The position numbers and the translations under genes were made by a program. The notes beneath the pieces are model-generated. The model was not told where the DNA came from, did not search any database, and worked only from the letters and a program-made list of their open reading frames with translations. From an uncultured Gemmatimonadales bacterium (GTDB lineage: Bacteria > Gemmatimonadota > Gemmatimonadetes > Gemmatimonadales > GWC2-71-9): a stretch of 64,000 bases of DNA. Shown here piece after piece: positions 21,136 to 32,472 of this stretch (positions are counted from its first letter, which is position 1; every line of letters begins with the position of its first letter). The stretch lies in assembly GCA_963842945.1 (NCBI GenBank), contig CAWJIM010000020.1, forward strand, positions 64,001 through 128,000, given 5' to 3'.

Positions 21136-22483
21136 GACCTACTCGGCCCGATCGGCCCCCTGGAGTCAGGAAGCCGAACAAGCCGTGCTGGGTGCAATGT
21201 TGCTGGACCAGGACGCGGCGCTGCGCGCCGCCGAGCTGGTCGACGATTCGATGTTCTATCGCGAGGCGCACCGCCGGCTGTTCCGCGCGATGCTGGCGCT
21301 TACCGAGCAGCGGGTCGTCATCGATCACATCACGCTCCGGGACGAGCTGCTCCGCCGCGGTGAGCTGGACGCCGCGGGCGGCCTGGAATATCTGGCCGAG
21401 CTGGTCGATGCAGTGCCCACTGCGGCCAACATCGAGTTCCACTCCAAGATCGTCAAAGACAAGGCGATCCTCCGGCGGTTGATCGAGACCTCCACCTCGA
21501 TTATCACCGAGGCCTACGACGGCCATTCTACCGCCAACGATCTGCTCGACAGTGCCGAAGCCAAGATCTTCCAGATCTCGCAGCAACGGGGCGACGAAGG
21601 GTTCACCCGCATCAAAGAGATGCTGTGGCCCACGATGGAGCGCATCGAAACGCTCCAGCGCAGCGGCAAATCGATTACCGGAGTTCCCAGCGGTTTCACA
21701 GATTTGGACGAGATGACCTCGGGCTTTCAGGCCAGCGAGCTCATCATCGTGGCCGCCCGGCCTTCCATGGGCAAAACGGCATTCTGCCTCAACGTGGCTA
21801 CCCAGGCGGCAGTGGATGGGTTCGGTGTGGCTGTGTTCTCGCTCGAAATGTCCAAGGAAGCCCTGGTCCAGCGGATGCTCTGCGCCGAAGCCCGGGTGGA
21901 CAGTCAAGCGGTCAGGCGGGGAACGCTGCGAGATCCGGACTTCACCCGACTCGCCCGGGCCGCCGGCATCCTGCAGAGCTGTCCGGTCTGGATCGACGAT
22001 TCACCGGCGCTCACGCTGTTGGAAATGCGCTCCAAGGCTCGCCGGCTCAAGGTGGAAAACGACGTTCGGCTCATCGTGGTGGACTACCTCCAGTTGATGC
22101 GGAGTCCCGAGTACGCCGAAAACCGAGTGCAGGAAGTGTCCGATATTTCGCGCTCACTCAAGGGCCTGGCGCGGGAGCTGAAGATCCCGGTGATTGCGCT
22201 CTCGCAGCTCTCCCGTGCGTCGGAGCAGCGCGGGGGCGAGCGGCGGCCCATCCTGTCCGACTTGCGGGATTCGGGCGCCATCGAGCAGGACGCCGATGTG
22301 GTGCTCTTCATCCATCGCCCGGAGATGTATCAGAAAGAGGATAGCGAGGGCAACAGCCTCGAGGGCATGGCCGAGGTGATCGTGGGCAAGCACCGCAACG
22401 GACCCACCGGTCTGGTGAATCTGTACTTCCACAAGCAGTTCACCCGGTTCGACAATCGAACCGAGAGAGAGGCGCCGGAGTGA
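21098..22483 (+). CDS. dnaB: Replicative DNA helicase
   Basis: [50 protein letters not shown]. Confidence 0.97.
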   Translation: MTSVSHDNYSTAETYSARSAPWSQEAEQAVLGAMLLDQDAALRAAELVDDSMFYREAHRRLFRAMLALTEQRVVIDHITLRDELLRRGELDAAGGLEYLAELVDAVPTAANIEFHSKIVKDKAILRRLIETSTSIITEAYDGHSTANDLLDSAEAKIFQISQQRGDEGFTRIKEMLWPTMERIETLQRSGKSITGVPSGFTDLDEMTSGFQASELIIVAARPSMGKTAFCLNVATQAAVDGFGVAVFSLEMSKEALVQRMLCAEARVDSQAVRRGTLRDPDFTRLARAAGILQSCPVWIDDSPALTLLEMRSKARRLKVENDVRLIVVDYLQLMRSPEYAENRVQEVSDISRSLKGLARELKIPVIALSQLSRASEQRGGERRPILSDLRDSGAIEQDADVVLFIHRPEMYQKEDSEGNSLEGMAEVIVGKHRNGPTGLVNLYFHKQFTRFDNRTEREAPE

Positions 22484-22484
22484 G

Positions 22485-22513
22485 GCGGGGCAGCGCGGCA
22501 GCGGGGCAGCGGG
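22485..22513 (+). repeat. Octamer array (GCGGGGCA)x3-4 after the dnaB stop
   Basis: gcggggca gcgcggca gcggggca gcggg. Confidence 0.7.
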
Positions 22514-22545
22514 ACGGTTACGCGTGCCGTACCGCCGGGCCAGCT

Positions 22546-23936
22546 ATGCCTAAACCCAGATCCGTCTACCGCTGCACCGAGTGCGGGCACGAGCACCCCA
22601 AATGGGTGGGGCGGTGCGAGGCGTGCGCGGCGTGGAACTCGGTCGCGGAGGAGCCGGTCGGTACAGGCGGTCGGGCGGAAAGGCGGTAAGCAGACTCGGC
22701 AGAGGGTTCCGTCGTACCGCCTTACCGACCGTACCGCCCACCCGACTGCGTGACGTCGCCGGCGCAGCCAGCTGCGAGCGCTGGCGGACGGGACTGAACG
22801 AATTCGATTTCGTGCTCGGCGGCGGGATCGTCCCCGGATCGATGACGCTCATCGGCGGTGAGCCAGGCATCGGCAAGTCCACCCTCCTGCTTCAAGCCGC
22901 CGCGCGGCTGGAGAACGCGGGCCATACGGTGTCTTGTACACCAGCGGCGAGGAGTCGCCGGACCAGATCCGGCTTCGGGCCGACCGGCTGATCAACGAAG
23001 ATGCCGGGCCGGTGCATGTGCTGGGCGAAACCCGGCTCGAATCAATCATCCAGGCGGTCGGCAGCCGTAGGCGCCGATGTGGTGGTGATCGATTCGATCC
23101 AGACGGTGTACACCGATCAGCTGGAGAGCGCGCCCGGCAACGTGGGGCAGGTGCGCGAGTGCTCCGGCCAGCTCATGCGGTTCGCCAAGGAAAGCGGAAC
23201 CTCGGTCATCGTGGTCGGGCACGTCACCAAGGGTGGCGGCATCGCCGGACCCAAGACGCTGGAGCACATCGTCGACACCGTCCTGTATTTCGAGGGCGAA
23301 GCCACGCTGGATTACCGGCTGCTGCGAACCACCAAGAACCGGTTTGGCTCGGTCGATGAGCTCGGAGTGTTCTCCATGACCGAGAGCGGTCTGGTGGCGG
23401 TGCCCAACCCCTCGGCGGTGTTCCTTGCGGCGCGGGCCGGAGGCATCAGCGGCAGCGCCGTCACCGCGCTCATGGAGGGGACCCGGCCGGTGCTGGTGGA
23501 GGTCCAGGCCCTCGCGGCCAAGTCCGGCTACGGCACACCGCAGCGGGTGGCTACCGGGCTGGATCCCCGGCGGCTGGCGGTACTTCTCGCGGTACTGGAG
23601 CGCCGGGCAGACACCTCGTTTGCCAATCTGGACGTCTTCGTTCAGGTCACCGCGGGTGTGCGGCTCAACGAGCCGGGCGCCGATCTCGCCGTTGCCGCCG
23701 CACTGCTCTCCAGCTTGTACAACCGGCCGGCGCCGGCCGACGTGGTCTTTCTGGGCGAGATCGGGCTCGGCGGCGAGATCCGGCCCAGCGGAGCGGTCGA
23801 GCGCCGGATCGCCGAAGCGGTCCGGCTCGGCTTTCCGCGGGTGTTCGGCTCCTCCCGCAGCACCGTGCAGGTGCCCGGCGCATCGCTGGTGGGACTGGAT
23901 CACGTGGATCAGCTGGTGCAGGCTCTTGCCGCGTGA
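22546..23936 (+). CDS. radA: DNA repair protein RadA/Sms (three frameshifts)
   Basis: C4 zinc finger, [29 protein letters not shown]. Confidence 0.93.
22657..22746. repeat. Inverted octamer arrays (GGCGGTAN)n ... (NTACCGCC)n in the radA linker
   Basis: gtcggtac aggcggtc gggcggaa aggcggta / ccgtcgta ccgcctta ccgaccgt accgccca cccgac. Confidence 0.7.
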
Positions 23937-24636
23937 CGTCGCTGCAATTGTAGTCGCCGGAGGGCAGGGCGTTCGGCTCGGCGGGGGCATCCCCAAGCAG
24001 TATCGCCCGGTCGGAGGAATTCCCATCGTGCTTCGGGCGCTTCGTCCCTTCACCTCTCATCCCGAGGTCGCACAGGTCGTGCTGGTGCTGCCCCCGTCAG
24101 ACGCGGCCCAGCCCCCCGATTTCCTCTCCGAGCTTCGGTCTGCTCGCGGCGCCTGGCTTTCTCTGTCACTGCCGGCGGGGTCCCACCGGGGAGATTCGGT
24201 GCGCAACGGGCTGGCCCAGCTGGGAGACTCCTGCGCCGTGGTGCTGGTGCACGATGGCGCCCGCCCCTTCGTCGACCGCGACGTGATCGACGGCGGTCAT
24301 CATGTATGCCCGGCAAGGACAGGGTGCGGTCGCCGCGGTGCCGCTCAGCGACACCCTGAAGGAAGCGTCGCGCCGTGAGCCCAGCCGGGTGTCTGCGAAC
24401 CCGGCCCCGGGCGCGTCTCTGGCGGGCGCAGACTCCGCAGGGATTCCCCCGCGCCATCCTGGAGCAGGCCTACCAGCGGGCGGCACGGCTGGGCCGCCGG
24501 GCCAGCGACGACGCCGCGCTGGTAGAAGCCATGGGTGTTCCGGTCCGACTGGTGCCCGACTCGACGCAGGAACCTCAAGATCACCACGGCAGAGGATCTC
24601 GAGCTCGCCGAGCTGCTCGCCGGGGCCCCAAGGTGA
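23926..24636 (+). CDS. ispD: 2-C-methyl-D-erythritol 4-phosphate cytidylyltransferase (frameshifted)
   Basis: [46 protein letters not shown]. Confidence 0.9.
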
Positions 24637-25286
24637 TTCTGCCGTTTCGCACCGACGACGAGGTCGCCGCCGCTATTCCCCAGATCGGGCCGGCATCTCA
24701 GCGCCGGGAAATTGCTGGCCTATCCCACTGAAACCGTGTACGGCCTCGGTTCGGCTCCCACCGTTCCCGCGCTGGCCGCACTGGCCCGGCTCAAGGGCAG
24801 GCCGGAGGGTAAGCCGTTCCTGCTCCTGATCTCCGGCCGGCGCATGGCCGAAGAGTGGGGACTGGTGTTCACGGCGTCGGCCACGGCGCTGTCGGATGCG
24901 TTCTGGCCGGGTCCGCTCACCCTGGTGCTTCGCGGAGGCGAGGGGCGGTTGCCGGACGAGCTCCGGGGCAGGGAAGGCGGGATCGCGGTGCGGTACACGT
25001 CCCACCCCGGCATCGCCCGCCTGGTGGCGGCCACTCGGCGAGCCGCTGACCTCCACCTCCGCCAACCGGCCGGGCGGCCCTCCGGCGCCAGGGGCAGACC
25101 GGCTGGTCGAAGTGTTCGGGCCGGAGGAGCGCAACGGCGAGCTGCTGGTGCTCGATGGAGGCGTGCTCGGCAACGTGCCGCCATCGACCCTGGTCGATTG
25201 CACCGACGCCGTGCCTCGTCTGGTGCGCGAAGGCGCGATTCCGCAGGAGCGAACTGCGCCGGGCCGCGGGCAGGCTGGCACCGTGA
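24633..25286 (+). CDS. tsaC: L-threonylcarbamoyladenylate synthase (Sua5/YrdC), frameshifted
   Basis: [45 protein letters not shown]. Confidence 0.9.
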
Positions 25287-25396
25287 CAGCGGGGCAGAGG
25301 GAAAGCAGGGGAAGCGGGGCGGCAACAGCACATCGGAGTCGCTACGCCGGTGTGCGGCGCTGCATCGCTGCCGCGCTGCCCCGCTTCCCCGCTGTT
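25286..25396. repeat. Inverted octamer arrays (GCGGGGMA)n ... (TKCCCCGC)n
   Basis: acagcggggcagagggaaagcaggggaagcggggcggc ... gctgccgcgctgccccgcttccccgctgt. Confidence 0.75.
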
Positions 25397-25408
25397 ATCT
25401 TCTGAGCA

Positions 25409-25867
25409 ATGCACGTCCTCTTCGTCTGCACCGGAAACACCTGCCGCAGTCCCATGGCCGAAGCACTGCTGCGCGAGGCGCTCGCCAGCCGCGGCGCGGA
25501 GCAGGTTACCGTTTCGTCCGCCGGCACCGGCGCATGGGATGGGGCGCCGATCTCCGAAGGCGCTTATCTGGTCGGACTGGAGCACGGCCTGGATCTCAGC
25601 GGCCATCGCGCGCAGCTGCTCACCCGCGAGGCGGTCAAGGCGGCCGACCTGATTCTCACCATGTCCGGTCACCATCGCGCCCGGGTGGCAGAGCTCGGCG
25701 GAGAGGAGAAGGTCCACGTGCTGGGCGATTACGCCGGACGGGAAGCGGGCCGCACCGAGGTGAGCGACCCGTTCGGCTCCGATCTCGCCAGCTACCGGCA
25801 GACCTATGATGAGCTTCAGGAGCTGATCGGCGGGGTGGTCAGCCGGGTGGCCGGCACCGTGCGGTGA
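25409..25867 (+). CDS. Low-molecular-weight protein Tyr/Arg phosphatase
   Basis: VLFVCTGNTCRSPMAE P-loop; DPFG. Confidence 0.92.
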   Translation: MHVLFVCTGNTCRSPMAEALLREALASRGAEQVTVSSAGTGAWDGAPISEGAYLVGLEHGLDLSGHRAQLLTREAVKAADLILTMSGHHRARVAELGGEEKVHVLGDYAGREAGRTEVSDPFGSDLASYRQTYDELQELIGGVVSRVAGTVR

Positions 25868-26674
25868 TCAGCGGCAACTCCCGGGTCCTCGTCATTCTGG
25901 GAGACCCGGTCTCACACTCCCTCTCTCCTATCATGCACAACGCCGCCTTCCGCGCTCTCGGAATGCCCGCGGTGTACGTGCCTCTTCGATGCCGGGCCGA
26001 AGATCTTGCTGCGCTCATCCGCGGCATTGCGCCATGCGGGCGGCGGTGGGAACGTGACGGTTCCTCACAAGGAGATCGCCGCCCGGTCGGTCGACACGTC
26101 CCGTGAGCTGGTGCAGACCGTAGAAGCCTGCAACACCTTCTGGAACGAGGACGGCAGGACGGTGGGAGACAACACCGACGTGCCGGGTCTACTGGAGGCG
26201 CTTGCACCAGCTCGAGGTGAGGCAGGAGCCGTGGTTCATCCAGGGCACCGGCGGCGGGGCGCGAGCGGCGGTGGTCGCGGCGCGGCGCAGCATGGGGTGC
26301 CGGTTGCAGTCGGCTCGCGGAGATCCGCGCCGGCAGAGCGAGTTCGAGCGATGGATCGGTTCGCGCGGTGTTGCGCTGGCCGAGCCCTCCGAGCTGCCGG
26401 GTGCTGATCAACTCCACTCCCCTGGGTCTCAAGCCCGACAGATCCTCTTCCGATCGACCTCGGCCGGTTTCCCCGAGCGGAGGTGGCCTTCGACATGGTA
26501 TATGCGCCGGGCGAGACCAGCTGGATCCGCAGCGTGCGGCCGCGGGTGCGTCGCTCTGCGGATGGCCGCGCCATGCTGGTGGCTCAGGGGGCGGCCGCTT
26601 TCGAGCGCTGGTTTCCCGGCAAGCGCGCTCCGGTCGAGGTCATGCGAGCAGCGGTAAATGGCGCACTCCGTTAG
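25864..26674 (+). CDS. aroE: Shikimate dehydrogenase (frameshifted)
   Basis: HSLSPIMHN, NVTVPHKE, NTDVPG, GTGGGARA, INSTPLG, DGRAMLVAQG. Confidence 0.9.
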
Positions 26675-27452
26675 GGAGACGCTCGCCCGGGTAGAGCGCT
26701 GGCTGCTGCCGCCGGCGTGCCTGCTCTGCCACGAGCCGGTGCCGGAGCGGGAGCAATGACAGCCTCATCTGCGGCGTGTGCCGCTCGCGCTGGCGCCCCG
26801 TGCCCCATCCGCTATGCGGCCGCTGCGGGCAACCCAGCTTGCGGGACCTCGATTGCCGGCTCTGTCAGCAGTGGCCGGCCGGGCTCTCCCGGGTCCGCAG
26901 CGCGGTTTGGCTGGAGGGCTCCGCGCGAGCTGCGGTGCACCAGCTCAAGTACGAAGGCTGGAGCCGGGCTGCCGAGGCGCTGGCGTTGTCCATGCGAGCA
27001 CCTCGAGCCATTGACTGAGGGGGTATCCTTGTTACCGATACCACTGGGGAAGCGGCGTCTCAGGGCCCGGGGGTACAATCAGAGTGAGCGCATTGCCGCA
27101 GCGCTCGGCGCGCTCATCGGGGCCCCGGTCCGGTGCGAACGCGCTATGGCGGGTGAGAGAGACGCCGACCCAGACCGCGCTCACTCCCGAGGCGCGCCAC
27201 GCCAACGTGGCAGGGGCCTTTCAGGCTGCGGATGGTGACCGGACTCAACGTGGTGCTGGTGGACGATGTGTTCACCACCGGGGCCACGCTCGCCTCGGCT
27301 GGAGCGGCGCTGGCCGCAGCCGGCGCCGCGCGGATCGAAGCGGTGACGTTTGCCCGCGCGCAATCAGGAGCTCGCTCACGACTGAGCCGATCCCTGGCGG
27401 CGCTCAGGATGACGAGGCGCGCGACTCGCGACTCGGGACTCGCGACTACTAA
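26658..27452 (+). CDS. comF: ComF-family protein (double zinc ribbon + PRTase), frameshifted
   Basis: CLLC/CGRC zinc motifs, [24 protein letters not shown]. Confidence 0.85.
27422..27450 (+). repeat. Heptamer array (GACTCGS)x4 just before the gap RBS
   Basis: gactcgc gactcgg gactcgc gactact. Confidence 0.7.
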
Positions 27453-27462
27453 GAGGAGAGCA

Positions 27463-28476
27463 ATGCCCATTCGCATCGGCATCAACGGCTTTGGCCGGAT
27501 CGGTCGGAACGTGCTCCGCGCCTCCAAGGCCATGCGGGTCAACGACCTCGATTTCGTGGCGGTCAACGATCTGACCGACACCAGGACGCTCGCACACCTG
27601 CTCAAGTTCGACTCCGTTCACGGCCGGTTTCAGGGTGATGTGACTCCCGAATCCGACGGCATCTGCGTGGATGGCGATTCTATCCGGGTACTCTCCGAGA
27701 AGGATCCCGCCAAGCTGCCATGGAAGGATCTCGGCGTCGACATTGTGCTCGAGTCGACCGGACGGTTCACCGACCGGGATCAGGCCGCGCTGCATCTCAA
27801 GGGTGGGGCCAAGAAGGTGATCATTTCCGCGCCAGCCAAGAAGGAAGACATCACCATCGTCTACGGAGTGAACCACAAGTCGTACGATGCAGGCAAGCAC
27901 CACGTGATCTCAAACGCGAGCTGCACCACCAACTGCCTGGTTCCCGTGGTGAAGGTGATCCTGGACCGGTTCGGCTTCGTCAGCGGCTTCATGACGACGA
28001 TCCACTCGTACACCAACGATCAGCAGATTCTCGATTTGCCCCATAAGGACCTGCGGCGGGCCCGGGCGGCCGCCCTCTCCATCATTCCTACCACGACGGG
28101 AGCCGCGAAGGCGACGTCGCTGGTGCTGCCGGAAGTCAAAGGCAAGATCGACGGCGTTTCCCTCCGGGTGCCCACGCCCGACGTTTCGGTCGTCGCGCTG
28201 ACCTGCGTGGTGCAGAAGGCCACCTCGGCCGACGAGGTCAATGCCGCCTTCCGCGAGGCGGCCAAGTCCGGGCCACTGCAGGATGTGCTGGCGGTGAGTG
28301 AAGAGCCGCTGGTCTCGGTGGACTACATCGGCTCGCTCCAATCGAGCACGATGGATGCGATGTCAACCAATGTCGTCAACGGGACGCTGGTGAATGTCAC
28401 CTCCTGGTACGACAACGAAATGGGCTACTCGGCCAGGTGCGTTGACCTGCTGCGCTATATCGGGAACACCCGGTGA
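27463..28476 (+). CDS. gap: Glyceraldehyde-3-phosphate dehydrogenase type I
   Basis: [35 protein letters not shown]. Confidence 0.97.
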   Translation: MPIRIGINGFGRIGRNVLRASKAMRVNDLDFVAVNDLTDTRTLAHLLKFDSVHGRFQGDVTPESDGICVDGDSIRVLSEKDPAKLPWKDLGVDIVLESTGRFTDRDQAALHLKGGAKKVIISAPAKKEDITIVYGVNHKSYDAGKHHVISNASCTTNCLVPVVKVILDRFGFVSGFMTTIHSYTNDQQILDLPHKDLRRARAAALSIIPTTTGAAKATSLVLPEVKGKIDGVSLRVPTPDVSVVALTCVVQKATSADEVNAAFREAAKSGPLQDVLAVSEEPLVSVDYIGSLQSSTMDAMSTNVVNGTLVNVTSWYDNEMGYSARCVDLLRYIGNTR

Positions 28477-29665
28477 AGCGTTCGCTCGAATCGCTGGACA
28501 AGTCATCGCTGGAAGGCCGTCGCGCGCTGGTGCGGGTGGACTTCAACGTGCCCCTCAAGGACGGCAAGGTCACGGACGATACCCGCATCCGGGCCGCGCT
28601 CCCCACCATCAAATACCTCCGGGAGCGGGGCGCTCGACTGGTGCTGCTCTCGCATCTCGGCCGGCCCAAGAACGGCCCCGACCCGAAGTATTCCATGCAG
28701 CCGGTGGTACGAGCCCTGGAAAAGCTGCTTGGGCTCGCCGGTCACCTTTCTGCCTGATCCAACGTCGAGCGACGCCGCTACCCTGACCAGGCGACTGCCT
28801 CGGGGCGGTGTGGCGGTGGCGGAGAACACCCGGTTTTATCCTGGGGAGGAAAAGAACGATCCTCAGCTGGCACAGCGAGTTTGCCGCGCTGGGCGATCTT
28901 TACGTCAACGATGCTTTCGGCTCAGCCCATCGGGCTCACGCCAGCACCGAGGCCATCGCCCGGATCCTGAAGCCCGCGGTCTCCGGGTTTCTCATGGAGC
29001 GGGAGCTTCGCTATCTGGGGGAGGCGCTGCACCAGCCGAAGCGGCCCTTCGTGGCGGTACTGGGGGGAGCCAAGATCAGCGGAAAAATCGATCTGATCGA
29101 GGCACTGCTGCCCAAGGTCGATGAAGTCCTTCTTGGCGGGGCCATGGCCTGCACCTTCTTCAAGGCCATGGGGCTCGAAACCGGGAACTCGCTGGTGGAG
29201 CCCGATCGGCTCGATTTGGCCCGGGCCCTGATGAAGAAAGCCGGAAGCAAGCTGGTGCTGCCGGAGGGTGGTGTCATTGCGCGCGAGCTGGCGCCCAACA
29301 CCGAGACTCGGGTGGTGGGCCGCGACGCGATCCCGCAAGGGTGGGCGGTCTACGACATCGATCCCGGCACTGAGAAGCGCTTCGGCGCCAGCATCGAGGA
29401 GGCCGGGACCGTAGTGTGGAATGGACCGATGGGCGTGTTCGAGACTCCGCCGTTCGACCACGGCACTCTCGCCGTGGCCCGCTCCATGGCCCGAGCGACG
29501 GCGAACGGGGCGGTGACGGTGATTGGTGGCGGCGATTCCGCGGCAGCTGTGGCTCAGGCCAAGCTGAGTGACCAGATCACCCATGTCTCTACCGGGGGCG
29601 GCGCGTCGCTCGAATTTCTCGAGGGCAAGGAGCTTCCTGGCGTGGCCGCGCTGGACGGGGTGTAA
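28473..29665 (+). CDS. pgk: Phosphoglycerate kinase (frameshifted)
   Basis: [44 protein letters not shown]. Confidence 0.95.
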
Positions 29666-29672
29666 GGAGATT

Positions 29673-30474
29673 ATGACGGCTCGGCAGCTCACGTTTGCGG
29701 CCAACTGGAAAATGAACCACGGGCCAGCCGAGGCGCGCGCATTTGCCGAGAAGTTTCTGGCGCTCACCTCTCCGATGGAGGGGAGACGGCTCTGGTTTTT
29801 TCCGGCGGCGGTCTCGATTGCTCCGCCTGGCCGATGCCTTGAAGGGACGCTCCGATGTGACCATTGGCGCGCAGAACGTCCACTGGGAGCCGAAGGGTGC
29901 GTACACCGGCGCGATCTCTATTCCGATGGTCACCGAGGCCGGGGCCCGGTTGACGCTGGTAGGGCACTCCGAGCGACGTCACCTGTTCGGGGAAACCGAC
30001 GAGCAAGTCGGACGAAAGACCAAGGCCGCGCTGGCTGCCGGAATCACGCCGATGGTGTGCGTGGGAGAGACCCTGGCGGAGCGAGACGGAGGGCGCACCG
30101 AACAGGTCATCGTACGCCAGCTCGGTGCAGTGCTCGCCGCGCTCCAGTCTCAGGACTGGGAGCGGGTAGTGCTGGCGTACGAGCCGGTCTGGGCCATTGG
30201 CACTGGTAAGAACGCGACGCCGGACGACGCGGCGCAGATCCACGAGCTGATCCGGATGGAGCTGGGGCGCAAGAGTGTCCGCCATCGAGTGCCTATCCTC
30301 TATGGCGGCAGCGTGAGCCCGGCGAATGTGGCATCGTTGCTGACCCGGCCTCAGCTCGACGGTGTCTTGGTCGGCGGGGCCAGTCTGAATCCGGAGGGCT
30401 GGGCTGAGGTGATCGACCGGGGTTCCAAGGCCAAAATGCGACCCTCCGGCGGATTCGATCTGATAGAAGGCTAG
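29673..30474 (+). CDS. tpiA: Triosephosphate isomerase (5' frameshift)
   Basis: ANWKMN, GHSERR, AYEPVWAIGTG, LYGGSV, LVGGASL. Confidence 0.95.
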
Positions 30475-30516
30475 CCTCGCACCCAGGCTTCGCCGTCCAC
30501 CGGCGGCGCACCCACC

Positions 30517-31401
30517 ATGCCCGAGCTTCCCGACATCACACTGTACCTGGAGCAGCTGACGCCGCGTATTCTGGGCCAGCCGTTGCTCCGCCTGGTTTTT
30601 CGGAGCCCGTTCATCTTGAGGTCGGTGGACCCTCCGCCTTCGGCGTTTGCGGGAAAGCGAGTGATAGGCCTTCAACGGCTGGGCAAGCGGATTGTGCTGC
30701 AGTGTGAAGACGAGCTCTTCATCGTGATTCACCTGATGATTGCCGGCCGACTGCGCTGGAAGCCGCCCGAAGCCAAGACCGGCGGGAAGCTGGTGCTTGC
30801 CGCGCTGGAGTTTCCCCACGGCTCATTGCAGCTCACCGAGGCCGGGAGCAAGCGGCGGGCTTCTATTCATCTGGTGGCTGGGTCGGAGCAGCTGCGGGCG
30901 TTCGAGCGCGGGGGCCTGGAGGTGCTTGACGCAGGGCTCGAGGATTTTGCGACCCGGCTCCGATCTGAGAATCACACTCTCAAACGCGCTCTGACTGACC
31001 CGCGGCTTTTCAGCGGTATCGGCAATGCTTACTCGGACGAGATCCTCCACCGCGCCCGGATGTCGCCACTGACGCTTACCGGCAAACTGACGGATGAGCA
31101 GGTGGCCACGCTGTTCGGCGCCACCCAGGCCACCCTGAACGAATGGACCGAGCGGCTGCGGCAGGAGGCGGGAGACCGTTTTCCTGAGAAGGTCACGGCC
31201 TTCCGGGAGGGGATGGCGGTGCATGGCCGTTTCGGAAAACCGTGCCCGGTGTGCTCCTCTCCGGTTCAGCGAATCCGCTATGCCGATAACGAGACCAACT
31301 ACTGCGCCCGCTGCCAGACAGGCGGGCGGCTCCTGGCCGACCGGGCCCTTTCCCGGTTGTTGAAGCAGGATTGGCCGAGATCGATTGATGAGGTGGAGTA
31401 G
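30517..31401 (+). CDS. Fpg/Nei-family DNA glycosylase
   Basis: N-terminal [21 protein letters not shown] (H2TH), C-terminal C4 zinc finger. Confidence 0.9.
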   Translation: MPELPDITLYLEQLTPRILGQPLLRLVFRSPFILRSVDPPPSAFAGKRVIGLQRLGKRIVLQCEDELFIVIHLMIAGRLRWKPPEAKTGGKLVLAALEFPHGSLQLTEAGSKRRASIHLVAGSEQLRAFERGGLEVLDAGLEDFATRLRSENHTLKRALTDPRLFSGIGNAYSDEILHRARMSPLTLTGKLTDEQVATLFGATQATLNEWTERLRQEAGDRFPEKVTAFREGMAVHGRFGKPCPVCSSPVQRIRYADNETNYCARCQTGGRLLADRALSRLLKQDWPRSIDEVE

Positions 31402-31403
31402 GT

Positions 31404-31444
31404 AGTCGGGAGTCGGGAGTCGGGAGTCAGGAGTCGGAGTCGGG
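31404..31444 (+). repeat. (AGTCGGG)x6 tandem array, left arm of the four-helix-bundle cassette
   Basis: agtcggg agtcggg agtcggg agtcagg agtcgg agtcggg, starting 3 nt after the fpg stop. Confidence 0.9.
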
Positions 31445-31460
31445 AATTCCGAGTTGAAAG

Positions 31461-31835
31461 TCAGGTGGAGCTACACATCCTAGGCCTTTGAAGTGACCGA
31501 ACCAGGCCATTCAGCATCTTGCTTATTATCTCCGAATCTCTGTCTAAACTGGCCCATGTCTCTCTTGACACATAACCCAGATCGCGGGATAGCAGTAACT
31601 GACATTCGATCTCTCTAACCGATCCGCGTGCAATCTTGAGAAAACGGGCCAGCTCACGATCACCCAGACGACCCTCTCCTTCAGCGATATTTGAAACCAG
31701 CGAAACCGCCGCGCGTCTAAGCTGGGCCGCCAGCGCGTAACGCTCGCGATCCGGAAATGAAGCAGTGCAACGATATACTTCCAGCGCGAAGGTGTGAGCG
31801 CGTTTCCATACTGCGAGGTCACGATAGTTTCCCAT
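31461..31835 (-). CDS. Four helix bundle protein (23S rRNA-IVP / TIGR02436-like)
   Basis: YRDLAVWKRA, FPDRERYALAAQLRRAAVSLVSNIAEG, FLKIARGS..E...QL..SRDLGY; antisense to both neighbours, lower GC. Confidence 0.93.
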   Translation of the reverse strand: MGNYRDLAVWKRAHTFALEVYRCTASFPDRERYALAAQLRRAAVSLVSNIAEGEGRLGDRELARFLKIARGSVREIECQLLLSRDLGYVSRETWASLDRDSEIISKMLNGLVRSLQRPRMCSST

Positions 31836-31910
31836 TGCTGAACGGTAGTGATTATGGGGTTTCCTTCGGACATCGTTCTAACGCCCCTCACATCTATTCC
31901 CTTCAGATCG

Positions 31911-31937
31911 CCCGACTCCTGACTCCCGACTCCAGAC
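31911..31937 (-). repeat. (CCCGACT)x4 tandem array, right arm (reverse complement of the left arm)
   Basis: cccgact cctgact cccgact ccagac. Confidence 0.9.
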
Positions 31938-31940
31938 AAG

Positions 31941-31969
31941 TTGACCGCGCTCCCACAGCAGACTAAGAT
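31941..31969 (+). promoter_or_regulatory. sigma70 promoter of secG (likely leaderless transcript)
   Basis: TTGACC-N17-TAAGAT, 7 nt before ATG 31977, no SD. Confidence 0.7.
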
Positions 31970-31976
31970 CACCACC

Positions 31977-32441
31977 ATGTTCACCTTCCTCGTGTCACTG
32001 CTCGCGCTCGATGCGCTGCTCCTCTCGGTCGTCGTCCTGCTGCAGGCCGGCCAGGGTGGCGGGTTGGCGTCGCTCGGCGGTGGTGGAACCGAGACGGTTC
32101 TGGGAAACCGGCAGGCGGTTACCATCCTCACCAAGCTGACCTGGTGGTGTGGTGGCATTTTCCTGGTGCTGTCGCTGGTGCTCTCGTTCGTGCCACGGGG
32201 TGGCAACTCGAGTGCCTTGCAGGAGCGGCTCCGGGCGGCGACGCCCGCCGCGCCGTCGCAGCAGGCTCCGCTCCCGTTGGGTCCGGAGCCCTCAACCGAG
32301 GCTCCCAAGGCGGGCGCAAGCCCGACCAACGCCACGCCGCAGTCAAAGCCGGCCCCGCTTCCTCTGGGCACGCCGTCTCCGGCACCCAAGGCCGGAACCC
32401 CCGCCAAGGGCGCACCGGCGCCCGCACAGCCCAAGCGGTGA
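31977..32441 (+). CDS. secG: Preprotein translocase subunit SecG with Pro/Ala-rich tail
   Basis: VVLLQAGQGGGLASLGGG, LTKLTWW; two TM helices; downstream of tpiA. Confidence 0.9.
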   Translation: MFTFLVSLLALDALLLSVVVLLQAGQGGGLASLGGGGTETVLGNRQAVTILTKLTWWCGGIFLVLSLVLSFVPRGGNSSALQERLRAATPAAPSQQAPLPLGPEPSTEAPKAGASPTNATPQSKPAPLPLGTPSPAPKAGTPAKGAPAPAQPKR

Positions 32442-32472
32442 TCAGCAGGCTCTCGTTCTCCGGGGCGATCGG

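Noticed and set aside
27232..28476. Apparent ComF-GAPDH fusion ORF
   Set aside because: gap has its own RBS and ATG at 27463, and another frame stops at 27452. One indel explains the read-through.
31404..31937. Diversity-generating retroelement, or a true 23S rRNA intervening sequence
   Set aside because: No reverse transcriptase, TR/VR pair or rRNA sequence is seen in the window.
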